A DNA stretch of 64,000 nucleotides. Origin: Octopus sinensis (taxonomy: Eukaryota). Position 1 is the first letter of the stretch; the number at the start of each line of letters is the position of its first letter. Location of the stretch: the NCBI RefSeq assembly GCF_006345805.1, contig NC_043024.1:9300001-9364000 (forward strand), written 5' to 3'. Positions 46,321 to 59,300 of this stretch are shown piece after piece. The translations under genes were made by a program, and so were the position numbers. A model generated the notes under the pieces. That model did no database searches, was not told the origin of the DNA, and was given only the letters and a program-made list of their open reading frames with translations.

Positions 46321-47202
46321 TTAGCGTCCGTTTTCCATGCTAGCATGGGTTGGACGGTTCAACTGGGGTCTGTGAAGATGGAAGGCTTCATCAGGCCCAG
46401 TCAGATCTGGCAGTGTTTCTACGGCTGGATGCCCTTCCTAACCCCAACCACTGCGTGAGTGTAGTGGGTGCTTTTTACGTGCCACCCGCACAGGTACCAG
46501 ACAGAGCTGGCAAATGGCGACGAACGGATGGTGCTTTTACGTGTCACTGGCACGGGGGCTGGGCGAGGCTGGCAACGGACACGAACGGATGGTGCTTTTA
46601 CGTGCCACCGACACGGGGGCCAGACAGAGCTGGCAAACGGCCACGAACGGATGGTGCTTTTACGTGTCACCGGCACGGGGGCCAGGCGAGGCTGGCAACA
46701 TTTAAATTTAATTTGTCAAGCAGCATGAAGCTTTGTCAATGAACAGGTCGTGGTCTCAAAACGACAAAAATATTTTGACAAATTAAATTTAAATGTTGAA
46801 GTGAATCTAACGGTTTTGTATGTTTCTTAAATGGCTTATAAACACCTTCCACGCTGCGATTGTGTATATATATATATATATATGATATAATATAATATAA
46901 TATAAAAAAAAAATTGCAGCGTGGAAGGTGTTTATAAGCCATTTAAGAAATACACAAAAGCTATTAGATTCACTTCAATATTTAAATTTAAATTGTGTCA
47001 AAATATTTTCGTCGCTCTGAGACCGCGACCTGTTCACTGACAAAATTCCAAGCTGTATCTCTAACCCTAATTTTGTCTGTGAACAGATCGCGGTCTCAAA
47101 GTGACGAAAATATTTTGACACAATTTAAATTTAAATGTTGAAGTGAATCTAACGGTTTTTGTGTGTTTCTTAAATGGCTTATAAACACCTTCCACGCTGC
47201 AA
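45321..47202. mobile_element. Three copies of a ~290-bp hairpin MITE (45321-45610, 46191-46860 interrupted, 46914-47202)
   Basis: Arms TTGCAGCGTGGAAGGTGTTTATAAGCC... and their reverse complements. Confidence 0.88.
46256..46698 (-). mobile_element. SINE 3' part with (GAT)n tail and internal ~55-bp tandem repeats
   Basis: GGATGCCCTTCCTAAC motif, as at 54264 and 57762. Confidence 0.8.
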
Positions 47203-47373
47203 TAAATAAACTGACATAATATAATGTCTAAAAGTTGATAAACCACCTATTGATCCCCTCCATTTTCTTATTGCTCTATAAATTAATGGCAAAATATCTC
47301 TTTACCTTCACCCATTTTTTACACCCAGTAATGTAATTGCAATGCAATAAAAAACACTTGTGTATTAATAATT

Positions 47374-48125
47374 GGGATCTTTTCGGTTTGAACGGCAGTT
47401 TTTTTCTAGTGGTGTCATATGAAATTGTTACCCATAATTATGACCCTAGTATCGATCTATTGCATTTCAATCTCTTTTAGGGTCAGGGTTAGTTAGGATT
47501 AGGGTTAGGGGTGGGGGGAAGGGTATCTTTTTTTCTTCACAAATGTAAATAAGCCCAATCTGTTTCTTAAACAAGGGACATATTCATACGGAACGGAATT
47601 TTTTTTTGCCTCAATAGACGTCATTGATTGGTTGAAATTGCAGAAATTGAAGGAAAAAAAACAGCAAATATCTTACAAACTACAGAATTTTCTCAATAAA
47701 GCCAAGAGAAAAAGATGTTTTATAAACACATTCTACCAGTATATGAAGTTAAAAAATTTTTAGTTACCTAGAAATTATGTTAAAAACCACCGTTCAAACC
47801 GAAAAGATCCAGGGTTAGGGTTAGGGTGGGGGAAAGGGTATCTTTTTTTCTTCACAAATGTAAATAAACCCAATCTGTTTCGTAAACGAGGGACATATTC
47901 ATACGGCACAGAATGCTTTTTTTACCTCAATAGACGTCATTGATTGGTTGAAGTTGCAGAAATTGAAGAAAAAAAACAACAAATATCTTACAAACTATAG
48001 AATTTTCTCAATAAAGCCAAAAGATATAATGTTTTATAAACACATTCTACTAGTATACGAAGTTTAAAATTGTTTAGTTATGTGGAAATTATTTTAAAAA
48101 ACTGCCGTTCAAACCAAAGAGATCC
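47374..48125. mobile_element. MITE with TIR GGGATCTTTTCGGTTTGAACGGCAG, internal TTAGGG-like tract and internal duplication
   Basis: Other copies at 53557-53977 and 60680-61442. Confidence 0.8.
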
Positions 48126-48908
48126 AATAATTGGGTATTCTACATATATTGCATATTTATATATATAAATCTACATACATATATACATACATTTATGTAT
48201 GTATATAGCTGTACATTTATATATTTCTATACATGCATGCATTTTTATTTAAGCATGTGTATATCTCTCTATATATATACGGCAGTTTGTTTGTCTGTGT
48301 GTCTGTGTGTCTGTCAGGTTGTACCCTCACCCTGACCACGGCTTTCAACCGATTCTGATGAAACTTGACACACACGTAGCCCAATGTCATAATTCATAAC
48401 TAACGCAGCGAAAATTTTGAAAAGTTCCCCCAGTTCTGAAAAAAATCGATAAATTCGACATGGGGTCGAGAATCTAAGCTTTTTATATGCAACACATTTT
48501 CTGTCTAGGGGACACAACTCGACCTTTTTATCGCCCAAAGGGACAGCTAGGAACATTGTATACACAGAAGTATTCGAGTGAAGAGAACACATTGCAACCT
48601 ACACATGCGCCTTCGTTCCCTAGAGGGAAAGGACTAGATTGGGATTAGTCGTTGCCTACTAGGGGCTCTTACATAACCGGGCAACGCCGGGCTATGCTGC
48701 TAGTGTGCCTATAAGGATGTCGACATGATTTATGCTTTTTTTTTTTTGTAAGGAGAGAATATTGTCCCCAGATTTTATTACCCAGGGAGATTAAATACAG
48801 ACCAGCTTTTCAACCTCGGCCTGTGTGGTGTGTGTGAGTGCTGTGTTTGCAAATGGACTCTTCCCGACTGAACTATCTTCGAAAAAGAGTTTTTCTCAAA
48901 AAGAGAAG

Positions 48909-49125
48909 ACTTACTCTTTTACCTGTTTCAGTCATTTGACTGTGGCCATGCTGGAGCACCGCCTTTTAGTCGAGCAAATCGACCCCAGAACTTATTCTTT
49001 TTGTAAGCCTAGTACTTATTCTATTGGTCTCTTTTGCCGAACCGCTAAGTTACGGGGACGTAAACACACCAGCATCGGTTGTCAAGTAATAATGGGGGGA
49101 CAAACACAGACACACAAACATACAT

Positions 49126-49170
<45 letters not shown>

Positions 49171-49952
49171 GCAATTAAGACAACTACTTAATAAGGAAAA
49201 CTTAACAAGAAATTGTCAGGTAGATAGCGTGAAAACCTCATAAGAGAAAAAATTCGAAAATAATTATTTCTTATTGAACATATTAATTTATATATAGAGG
49301 GCATTATACATACATGCCAGAAGGCATTATACATAAATGCCACACGCTAAGAGGGACAATTAGTCATTTCTACCAAAAATATTACTAATCCCACCGAATG
49401 CAATTTTCAAAGTAAGACATTTAAAAAAATATAGACCTGTATCACAGTGATTTCATACTTACGTATTCATCAGCAGGCCTGAATGTATTATAAATAAACA
49501 ACGACCCTGCCCCGCTTAAGCCGATCAGCTAACTGATCAACATCAACGAAGCACATGGGTGAGTTTACATATATTACATCCGATAAATGGCAAACTTTTA
49601 CATTCCGAAAAAACTTTTCCTCTCCCGAAATGCAATTCGTAAAAGTTTGCCATTTATCCGGATGTAATATATGTAAACTCACCCATGTGCTTCGTTGATG
49701 TTGATCATTAGCTGATCGGCTTAAGCGGGGCAGGGTCGTTGTTTATTTATAATACATTCAGGCCTGCTGATGAATATGTAAGTATGAAATCACTGTGATA
49801 CAGGTCTATATTTTTTAAATGTCTTACTTTGAAAAATTGCATTCGGTGGGATTAGTAATATTTTTGGTAGAAATGACTAATTGTCCCTCTTAGCGTGTGG
49901 CATTTATGTATAATGCCTTCTGGCATGTATGTATAATGCCCTCTATATATAA

Positions 49953-49994
<42 letters not shown>

Positions 49995-50288
49995 AATATA
50001 TATACATATAAACTGGCAAAATGACCATTCCGAAATACAACAATATATATACACATATATACATATATATATATATATACATACGTATATATACATATAT
50101 ATATACATATATATATACATATATACGACGGGCTTCTTTCAGTTTCCGTCTATCAAATCCACTCACAAGGCATTGGTCGGCCTGAGGCTATAGTAGAAGA
50201 CACTCGCCCAAGGTGCCACGCAGTGGGACTGAACCCGGAACCATGTGGTTGGGAAGCAAGCTACTTACCACAGCCATTCCTGCGCCTA
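48909..50288 (-). mobile_element. Family A SINE split by a foldback insertion in its internal (TA)n
   Basis: SINE 3' part at 48909-49170, head at about 50125-50288. Confidence 0.85.
49286..49955. repeat. Giant palindrome: ~315-bp arms, 37-bp spacer
   Basis: 49286-49601 is the near-perfect reverse complement of 49639-49955. Confidence 0.93.
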
Positions 50289-50537
50289 TTAAGATTTAAT
50301 TCATATTATGAAGATAGTATTTATATTAGTTCTTAAAGACATCTATAAAGCTTACTAGGTTTTTATATATGGGAGATAACCCAAGTTTTTAGTGGGGAGA
50401 TAACCCCGTTTTTTAATGGTAATGTTTTAATGGGGTTGAGTTAACCAAAAAGTACCAAATTTTGTTTACTAGGAGAGTTACTTGTATTAATTGAAAATTT
50501 CAAGATCTGCATTTGGGATTTGTATTATGGCGCAATA

Positions 50538-50711
50538 GGCGCAGGAGTGACTGTGTGGTAAGTAGCTTACTTATCAACCACATGGTTCCGGGTTCAGTCC
50601 ACTGCGTGGCACCTTGGGCAAGTGTCTTCTACTATAGCCTCGGGCCGACCAAAGCCTTGTGAGTGGGTTTGGTAGATGGAAACTGAAAGAATCCCGTCGT
50701 ATATATGTATA

Positions 50712-50767
<56 letters not shown>

Positions 50768-50966
50768 TGTGTTTGTCCCCTCAACATCGCTTGACAACCG
50801 ATGCTGGTGTGTTTACGTCCCCCGTAACTCAGCGGTTCGGCAAAACAGACAGATAGAATGAGTACTGGGTTTACAAAGAATAAATCCTGAGGTCGATTTG
50901 CTCGACTAAAAGGCGGTGCTCCAGCATGGCCACAGTCAAATGACTGAAACAAGTAAAAGAGTAAAA
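50538..50966 (+). mobile_element. Family A SINE, full length
   Basis: Matches the consensus. Confidence 0.88.
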
Positions 50967-51205
50967 AGTGTGGAAAGAGAGTATTCATATAACGAAATAG
51001 TTTCATTCTTAGTTTTTACTAACCTAAAAAACAAATATTTTAATTCCAAAAATTTACATGCGCATATCTCGGGCCCGCAGACGATAAAACAGCTCTCAGG
51101 GAGTCCCCACAAGCAAAAAAAAAAGGTCAGAAACCGCTGTCCTTGAGTGACACTTATTCCTCGAGAAGCTGCACTTATAGTTCGAGTTGTCTCCCCTGAG
51201 TCAAG

Positions 51206-51244
51206 ATGTCTCCCGGTCAGCAATTTGTTCCAACTTTGCAACAT
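51206..51244 (+). CDS. LYRM2: LYRM2-like exon 1
   Basis: ATG...CAT|GTAAGT, 39 nt, phase 0. Confidence 0.65.
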
Positions 51245-54200
51245 GTAAGTAAATAATGGGGCTCTTTGTGGACCCTGGAGGGGATTTTTTCACTGCCTCT
51301 TTGCATCAAGAACACCTACATTAACCATCTGCCTACCTAATGGGGCATTACCAACATTATCTTTAGTGTTATCTGTTAATATGGTTCGTCTGTCCTCGTG
51401 TTTTATTTCGTATCAGGTCAATTACAATAACAGAACGAACGCGTTCCAATTGTGACCACCCTCCCTGTCTTTTATTCAGGTACAGAGTATCTAGGAATAC
51501 ATAAGGCGATCCTTCGGTATTCGTCTGTCCTCGTGTTTTATTTCGTATCAGGTCAATTACAATAACAGAACGAACGCGTTCCAACTGTGACCACCCTCCC
51601 TGTCTTTTATTCAGGTACAGAGTATCTAGGAATGCGTAAGTCGATCCTTCGGTATAGGTACCGTAAGTACCTGAAGTGGCTTTGTTTACATTTCTGAAGA
51701 TAACAGAAACCCTTTTCTCCCACCCCTAACGCAAACTCTAACCCCTACCACAAAACCCCATATATAAAAAAAAAACACTTTCATGAAATGTATCCGGTAC
51801 CTATACCGAAGTTACCATCAGCCTACCTAATGGGGCATTACCAACATTATCTTTAGTATTATTTATTATTATTGTTAATATGGTTCGTCTGTCCTCGTAT
51901 TAACTGTGACCACCCTCCCTGTCTTTTATTCAGGTATAGACTATCTAAGAATACATAATTTAATGTGACGATCCCTCCGTATAGGTACACACGTGACTTT
52001 GTTTACATTACTGAAGATAAGAGAAATCCTTTTCTCCTACCCCTAAACCTAACACAAACCCTAACTCCCCATATATAAAAAAAAACACACTTTCTTGAAA
52101 GGTATCCGGTACTTCCGGTACCTATACCGAAGTTACGCCATCATTTAATGTATACTAGATTTTGTAAGACAGTTAAGATGTAATCATCGTTGTTGTAGAT
52201 TAGCCCCAGGCCAGCTTCGACCCCAAGACAGCGCGCTCCCGAAGTTATTTCAATTGCTGTAATCTACCCCACCATATCTTTCTTCATATACTCTCTCTCT
52301 CACATGCGTGCGTGCACAGTGTATCTTGGACTAGGGTCCAGTGTGTCCTTTTTAAGATATTAGGCGATGTTACTGGGAAAACTTTCTTGGCTATAAGGCG
52401 GCTAGCTGGCAGAAACGTTAGCACGCCGGGCGAAATGCGTAGCCGTATTCCGTCTACCGTTACGTTCTGAGTTCAAATTCCGCCGAGGTCGACTTTGCCT
52501 TTCATCCTTTCAGGGTCGATTACGCACTGGGGTCGATATAATCGACTTAATCCGTTTGTCTGTCCATGTTTGTCCCCTCTCTGTTTAGCCCCTTGTGGGC
52601 AGTAAAGAAATAGGTATTTCGTCTGCCGTTACGTTCTGAGTTCAAATTCCACCGAGGTCGATTTTGCCTTTCATCCTTTCAGGGTCGATTAAATTAGTAC
52701 CAGTTTCCCACTGGGGTCGATATAATCGACTTAATCCGTTTGTCTGTCCATGTTTGTCCTCTCTGTGTTTAGCCCCTTGTGGGTAGTAAAGAAATAGGTA
52801 TTTCGTCTGCCGTTATGTTCTGAGTTCAAATTCCACCGAGGTCGATTTTGCCTTTCATCCTTTCAGGGTCGATTAAATTAGTACCAGTTTCCCACTGGGG
52901 TCGATATAATCGACTTAATCCGTTTGTCTGTCCATGTTTGTCCCCTCTGTGTTTAGCCCCTTGTGGGCAGTAAAGAAATAGGTATTTCGTCTGCCGTTAC
53001 ATTCTGAGTTCAAATTCCACCGAGGTCGATTTTGCCTTTCATCCTTTCAGGGTCGATTAAATTAGTACCAGTTTCCCACTGGGGTCGATATAATCGACTT
53101 AATCCGTTTGTCTGTCCATGTTTGTCCTCTCTGTGTTTAGCCCCTTGTGGGTAGTAAAGAAATAGGTATTTCGTCTGCCGTTATGTTCTGAGTTCAAATT
53201 CCGCCGAGGTCAACTTTGCCTTTCGTCCTTTCAGGGTCGATTAAATAAGTACCAGTTATGCACCGGGGTCAATATGATCGACTTAATCCCTTTGTCTGTC
53301 CATGTTTAGCCCCTTGTAGGTGGTAAAGAAATATATTTTTATCAGATCGATTGCCACGAAGAGTAGGAGGACTGCAGGCTTTTTATCTGCTTCTGCCTGG
53401 AGCCAGAGAGCCTGTGGGGTGGTGGCAATCCACATTCATCTTATTGAATAGTTCAATAAGAGGAATTTGGATTGCCTCACCATTCAAAGCTACTGACCTT
53501 GTGCCGATGTTATAATCATCATCATCATTATCATTAATTGATCATAGAATATAATAGGGATCTTTTCGGTTTGAACGGCAGTTTTTTCTAGCGGTGTCGT
53601 ATGAAATTGTCACCCATAATTATGACCCTAGTATCGATCTATTGCATTTCAATCTGTTTTAGGGCTAATGTTAGGGTTAAGGGGAAGGATATCTTTTTTT
53701 CTTCAGAAATGTAAATAAACCCAATCTGTTTCTTAAACGAGGGACATATTCATACGGCACAGAATGTTTTTTTACCTCAATAGACGTCAGTGATTAGTTG
53801 AAATTGCAGAAATTGAAGAAAAAACAACAACAAATATCTTACAAACCATAGAATTTTCTCAATAAAGTCAAGAGAAAAAGATGTTTTATAAACACATTCT
53901 ACCAGTATACGAAGTTTGAAAGTGTTTAGTTACATGGAAATTATTTTAAAAAACTGCCGGTGAAACCGAAAAGATCCTTCTATTTGATCGACTCTGGAGG
54001 GATGACGGGCAAAGATGAGCATGACAGCAGAAAAAAATACCACAAGGCATTAAAGTGATAATAGTAATGGTTTCAAATCTGGTGCAGGCCAGCATTTTTG
54101 AGGGAGGGGACTAGTTGATTACTACATCGACCCCAGTGCTCAACTCAGGGCCGGATTAAGACCCATAGAGGCCCTAAGCACTTAAAAGGCTTTGATGCCC

Positions 54201-54774
54201 TCAAATACACGTAAATGATTCAAAATGTAAACAAAAATAATTCATAATGTAAACAATAATAAACATCATCATCATCATCATCATCGTTTAACGTCCATTT
54301 TCCATGCTATCATGGGTTGGACGGTTCAACTGGGGTCTGGGAAGCCAGGAGGCTGCACCAGGCCCAGTCTGATCTGGCAGTGTTTCTACAACTGGATGCC
54401 CTTCCTAACGCCAACCACTCCGTGAGTGTAGCAGGTGCTTTTTACATGCCACCGGCACGGGGGCCAGATGATGCTGGCAACGGTCACAATCAGATGGTGC
54501 TTTTATGTGCCACCGGCACGGAGGCCAGTCGCCGCGGCGCTGGCAACGGCCACGTTCGGATGGTTCTCTTACGTGCCACCAGCACTGGTATCACAGCTGC
54601 AATTTCCGTTGATGTTGATCGATTTCGATTTTGATTTTCGCTTGCCTCAACAAGTCTTCACAAGTAAATCATTTTTTTTTATTTTTCAAAATGAAACAAA
54701 ACTTACAGTAAGATGGAAAATAATGTTTATTTGTGTATGCTTCCACTTTATTTATATTTGAAAACATTTTGCTC

Positions 54775-54806
<32 letters not shown>

Positions 54807-56301
54807 TGTTTTGTCTTGGTATAAAAGATGGGCTACTGCAAATATTCTGCTCTATACCACAGATTTGCTTGTCAGTTGTTTGACCTTAACCTGTTGAGCA
54901 TGTCCTTTAGTGGCTGACGATATGTGCATCTCTGATCACGAGCAGAAGTAGTGGGGGAGCATCATAGCCATGTGTTGAGAGGGATTCTTTAGGGTTTGAA
55001 TAATTCACCTCTGAAAACATGGGGTGTTTCGTTCAGCATTCTTAAACAACCCTTATTCAGGGACCTTTTGAGCAGGATGGGTTACTTGACCAGAAGAAAA
55101 TTCTAACTGGGCCCCACCTGCAAGGTCATGCGCTGTTTATCTTGATATGAGATCACCATGTCGCGCACATATGATTGTGATGCATGTGCCTGGTGTACCC
55201 TTCTCAGACGTGTAGTCATGATGGGTATATTGGGCTTTGTATAAAGGCGGCGAGCTGGCAGAAATGTTAGCACGTCGGGCGAAATGCTTAGCGGTATTTC
55301 GTCTGCCGTTACATTGTGAGTTCAAATTCCGCCGAGGTCAACTTTACCTTTCATCCTTTCGGGGTCGATAAATTAAGTACCAGTTACGCACTGGGGTCGA
55401 TATAATTGGCTTAATACCTATGTCTGTCCTTGTTTGTCCCCTCTGTGTTTAGCCCCTTGTGGGTAATAAAGAAATAGGTATTTCGGCTGCCGCTACGTTC
55501 TGAGTTCAAATTCCACCGAGGTCAACTTTACCTTTCATCCTTTCGGGGTCGATAAATTAAGTACCAGTTACGCACTGGGGTCGATGTAATCGACTTAATA
55601 CCTATGTCTGTCCTTGTTTGTCCCTTCTATGTTTAGCCCCTTGTGGGTAATAAAGAAATGGGTATACTGGGCTTTGTATATTTTACCCCAGGTGGGGCCC
55701 AGTTAGAATTTTCTTCTGGTCGAGTAACCCATCCCGCTCAAAAGGTCCCTGAATAAGGGTTGTTTAAGGATGTTGAACGAACCACCCATGTCTTCAGAGG
55801 TAAATTATTCAAACCCCAAAGAATCCCTCTCAACACATGGCCATGATGCTCCCCCACTACTTCTGCTCGTGATCAGAGATGCACATATCGTCAGCCACTA
55901 TGGGACATGCTCAACTGGTTAAGGTCAAACAACTGACAAGCAAATCTGTGGTATTGAGCAGAATATTTGCTGCAGCCCATCTTCTATACCAAGACAAAAC
56001 AATTTATTTATTATTATTATTATTATTATTGGCATGCACTGCTCTCTCACTCAATAATAATAATAATAATAATAATAAAATGGAAATATGGCTGAAGTTT
56101 ATTTTAAATTGACAATCATTAAATTGACAAGGCGCAGGAGTGGCTGTGTGGTAAGTAGTTTGCTAACCAACCACATGGTTCCGGGTTCAGTCCCACTGCG
56201 TGGCATCTTGGGCAAGTGTCTTCTGCTATAGCCCCGGGCCGACCAATGCCTTGTGAGTGGATTTGGTAGACAGAAACTGAAAGAAGCCTGTCGTATATAT
56301 G

Positions 56302-56336
<35 letters not shown>

Positions 56337-59300
56337 ATATGTTTGTGTGTCTGTGTTTGTCCCCCTAGCATTGCTTGACAACTGATGCTGGTGTGTTTAC
56401 GTCCCCGTGACTTAGCAGTTCAGCAAAAGAGACCAATAGAATAAGTACTGGGCTTACAAAGAATAAGTCCCTGGGTCGATTTGCTCGACTAAAGGCGGTG
56501 CTCCAGCATGGCCGCAGTCAAATGACTGAAACAAGTAAAAGAGTAAAAGAGAGAATCATAATGGACACAGTTATATTAGTCTAATATCTGATGTTGTTTG
56601 GCACTTGATAGATTTTTCAACACCAGAGATGGCAACCAAGCTGAAGCCATAAACAGCAACTTCTAAATAACTGATTGTAATTCCTGTTCTTAATTTATTT
56701 TTCATGTTATCATTTTTAAAAATAGTTTCTCCATCATAGAAGTGTTGCCAAACATCAATACCTTTTTCTGTTTCAGTTTCTTTTTCTTAACATGATCTGG
56801 CAAATTGGCATAAAACCAGAATTCAAGAAGATATTTTCTTTCATAACTCAGAGATACACTCACTGCCACTTGCATGTACTCTACCTGGTCATTTACACTT
56901 AACCCTTTCGTTACCAACCCGGCTGAAACAGCCTCTGGCTCTGTAGTACAAATGTCTTGCTTTCTAAAGTTCTGAATTAAAATCTTCCACCAAACCTCAG
57001 TCACAATTTATGTTCCTAACACTAGCTGAATGATAACTAAGTTATTTTACTAAATTCTTTGTTATATTTAACCCTTTTGATACCAACCCGACTGCAACAG
57101 CCTCTGGCTCTGTAGTACAAATGTCTTGTTTTCATAAGTTTTGAATCAAAATCTTCCACCAAACCTTAGTCACAATTTATGTTCCTAACACTAGCTGAAT
57201 GATAACTAAGTTATTTTACTAAATTCTTTGTTATATTATAAATTAATTGAAAGAAACCCTGAGCATCTCAACAGAAATATGGTAACAAAAGGGTTAACAA
57301 ATGATTAATTTAACCCTTTCGATACCAACCTGGCTGAAACTGGCTCTGGCTCTGTAGTACAAATGTCTTGTTTTCATAAGTTCTGAATCAAATTCTTCCA
57401 CCAAACCTTAGTCACAATTTATGTTCCCAACACTAGCTGAATTATAACTAAGTTATTTTACTAAATTCTTTGTTATATTTTAAAATTAATTGAAAGAAAC
57501 ACAGCATCTCAAAATAAATACAGTAACGAAAGGGTTAAACTTCTGGTCTATCTGGCCATTTACACCTTTCCGTACGGTCTGCCTAGCCTTTTACACTTTG
57601 GTGTGCAGGCTACCCCCCTTACATGAACTTTATTCTGTAGGATGATCAAAACAAGTTAAATTATGATTTTAGTTTCTATTTTCATTACCAAAATGAATCC
57701 CAAACTAGTCAGGACCACTCAAGTGAAAAGGATAAAAAGAAGTAAGCAAAAGGTTAGCAAAGGCGTAGGAGTGGCTGTGTGGTAAGTAACTTGCTTACGA
57801 ACCACATGGTTCTGGGTTCAGTCCCACTGCATGGCTCCTCGCACAAGTGTCTTCTACTATAGCCTCGGGCCGACCAAAGCCTTGTGAGTGGATTTGGTAG
57901 ATGGAAACTGAAATAAGCCCATCGTATATATGTATATATCCGAATCGATCAATGGAAATTGCAGCAGAGATACCAGTGCCGGTGGCACATAAGAGAACCA
58001 TCCGAACGTGGCCGTTGCCAGCGCCGCGCTGACTGGCCTCGTGCCGGTGGCACGTAAAAAGCACCATCCGTTCGTGGCCATTGCCAGCCTCACCTGGCCC
58101 CCGTACCGGAGGCACATAAAAAGCACCATCCGATCGTGGCCGTTTGCCAGACTCGTCTGGCACCTGTGCCGGTGGCACGTAAAAAACACCCACTACACTC
58201 ACGGAGTGGTTGGCGTTAGGAAGGGCATCCAGCTGTAGAAACACTGCCAGATCAGACTGGAGCCTGGTGCAGCCTTCTGGCTTCCCTGACCCCAGTTGAA
58301 CCGTCCAACCCATGGAAAGCGGACGCTAAACGATGATGATATGTGTGTGTGTATGTTTGTGTGTCATTGCTTTTTTTTGTCTTTTTAGTTCATTTTACGC
58401 GGTGAAGTAATCAAACTGTACAGGCAATGTCTTCGTACAGTTTATAAGATGCCAAAAGAACAGAGATCATCAATGATTGAATGGGTAAACCAAGAATTTC
58501 TTTTAAATAAGAATTTACAAGATCCTGTAAGTAACGTCAACTTGTTGTTCTTGATTTTATTTCTCTACTTGCTTCAGTCATTTTGACTGCGGCCATGCTG
58601 GTGCACTGCCTTTAATCGAGCAACTCGACCCCGGGACTTATTCTTTGTAAGCCCAGTACTTATTCTATCGGTCTCTTTTGCCGAACCACTAAGTGACGAG
58701 GACATAAACACACCAGCATCGGTTATCAAGCGATGCTAGGGGGACAAACACACACACACAAACATACACGCACATACATATATATACATATATACGACGG
58801 GCTTCTTTCAGTTTCTGTCTACCAAATCCACTCACAAGGCTTTGGTTGGCCCGAGGCTATAGTAGAAGACACTTGCCCAAGGTGCCACGCAGTGGGACTG
58901 AACCCGGAACCATGTGGTTGGTAAACAAGCTACTTACCACACAGCCACTCCTGTGCCTATTGATTTTCTTGATTTTATTTCATGATTTCCTTCAAGAAGA
59001 AGGAAGGTTGTTCTATTTTGTTTTCTGCTAACCATCTTAGCCATTATATATCATAGCTACAAGGGCTGAGTCATCAGCATAGAGGAGCTCCCAGGGACAA
59101 CCCGTCTTAAATTCCTCTGTTATTGCCTGGAGCACTATGATGATTAGAAGGGGACTGAGGGCTGAGCCTTGGTGGACGCCAACTTCTACCCGGAATTCTT
59201 CACTGTACTCACTGCCAATCCTAACCTTACTAACAGCCTCTCTGTTGAGGGCTTGTACAGCCCTTATTAACCATTCGTCAATCTCCAGTTTCCACATCGC

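Noticed and set aside
47476-47520. TTAGGG-like tracts as telomere or interstitial telomeric sequence
   Set aside because: Only a few imperfect units, internal to a multi-copy MITE family
56600-56900. Protein-like minus-strand stretch (ORF 56702-57004)
   Set aside because: The ORF start lies in a piggyBac MITE; no recognisable motif or consistent splice sites
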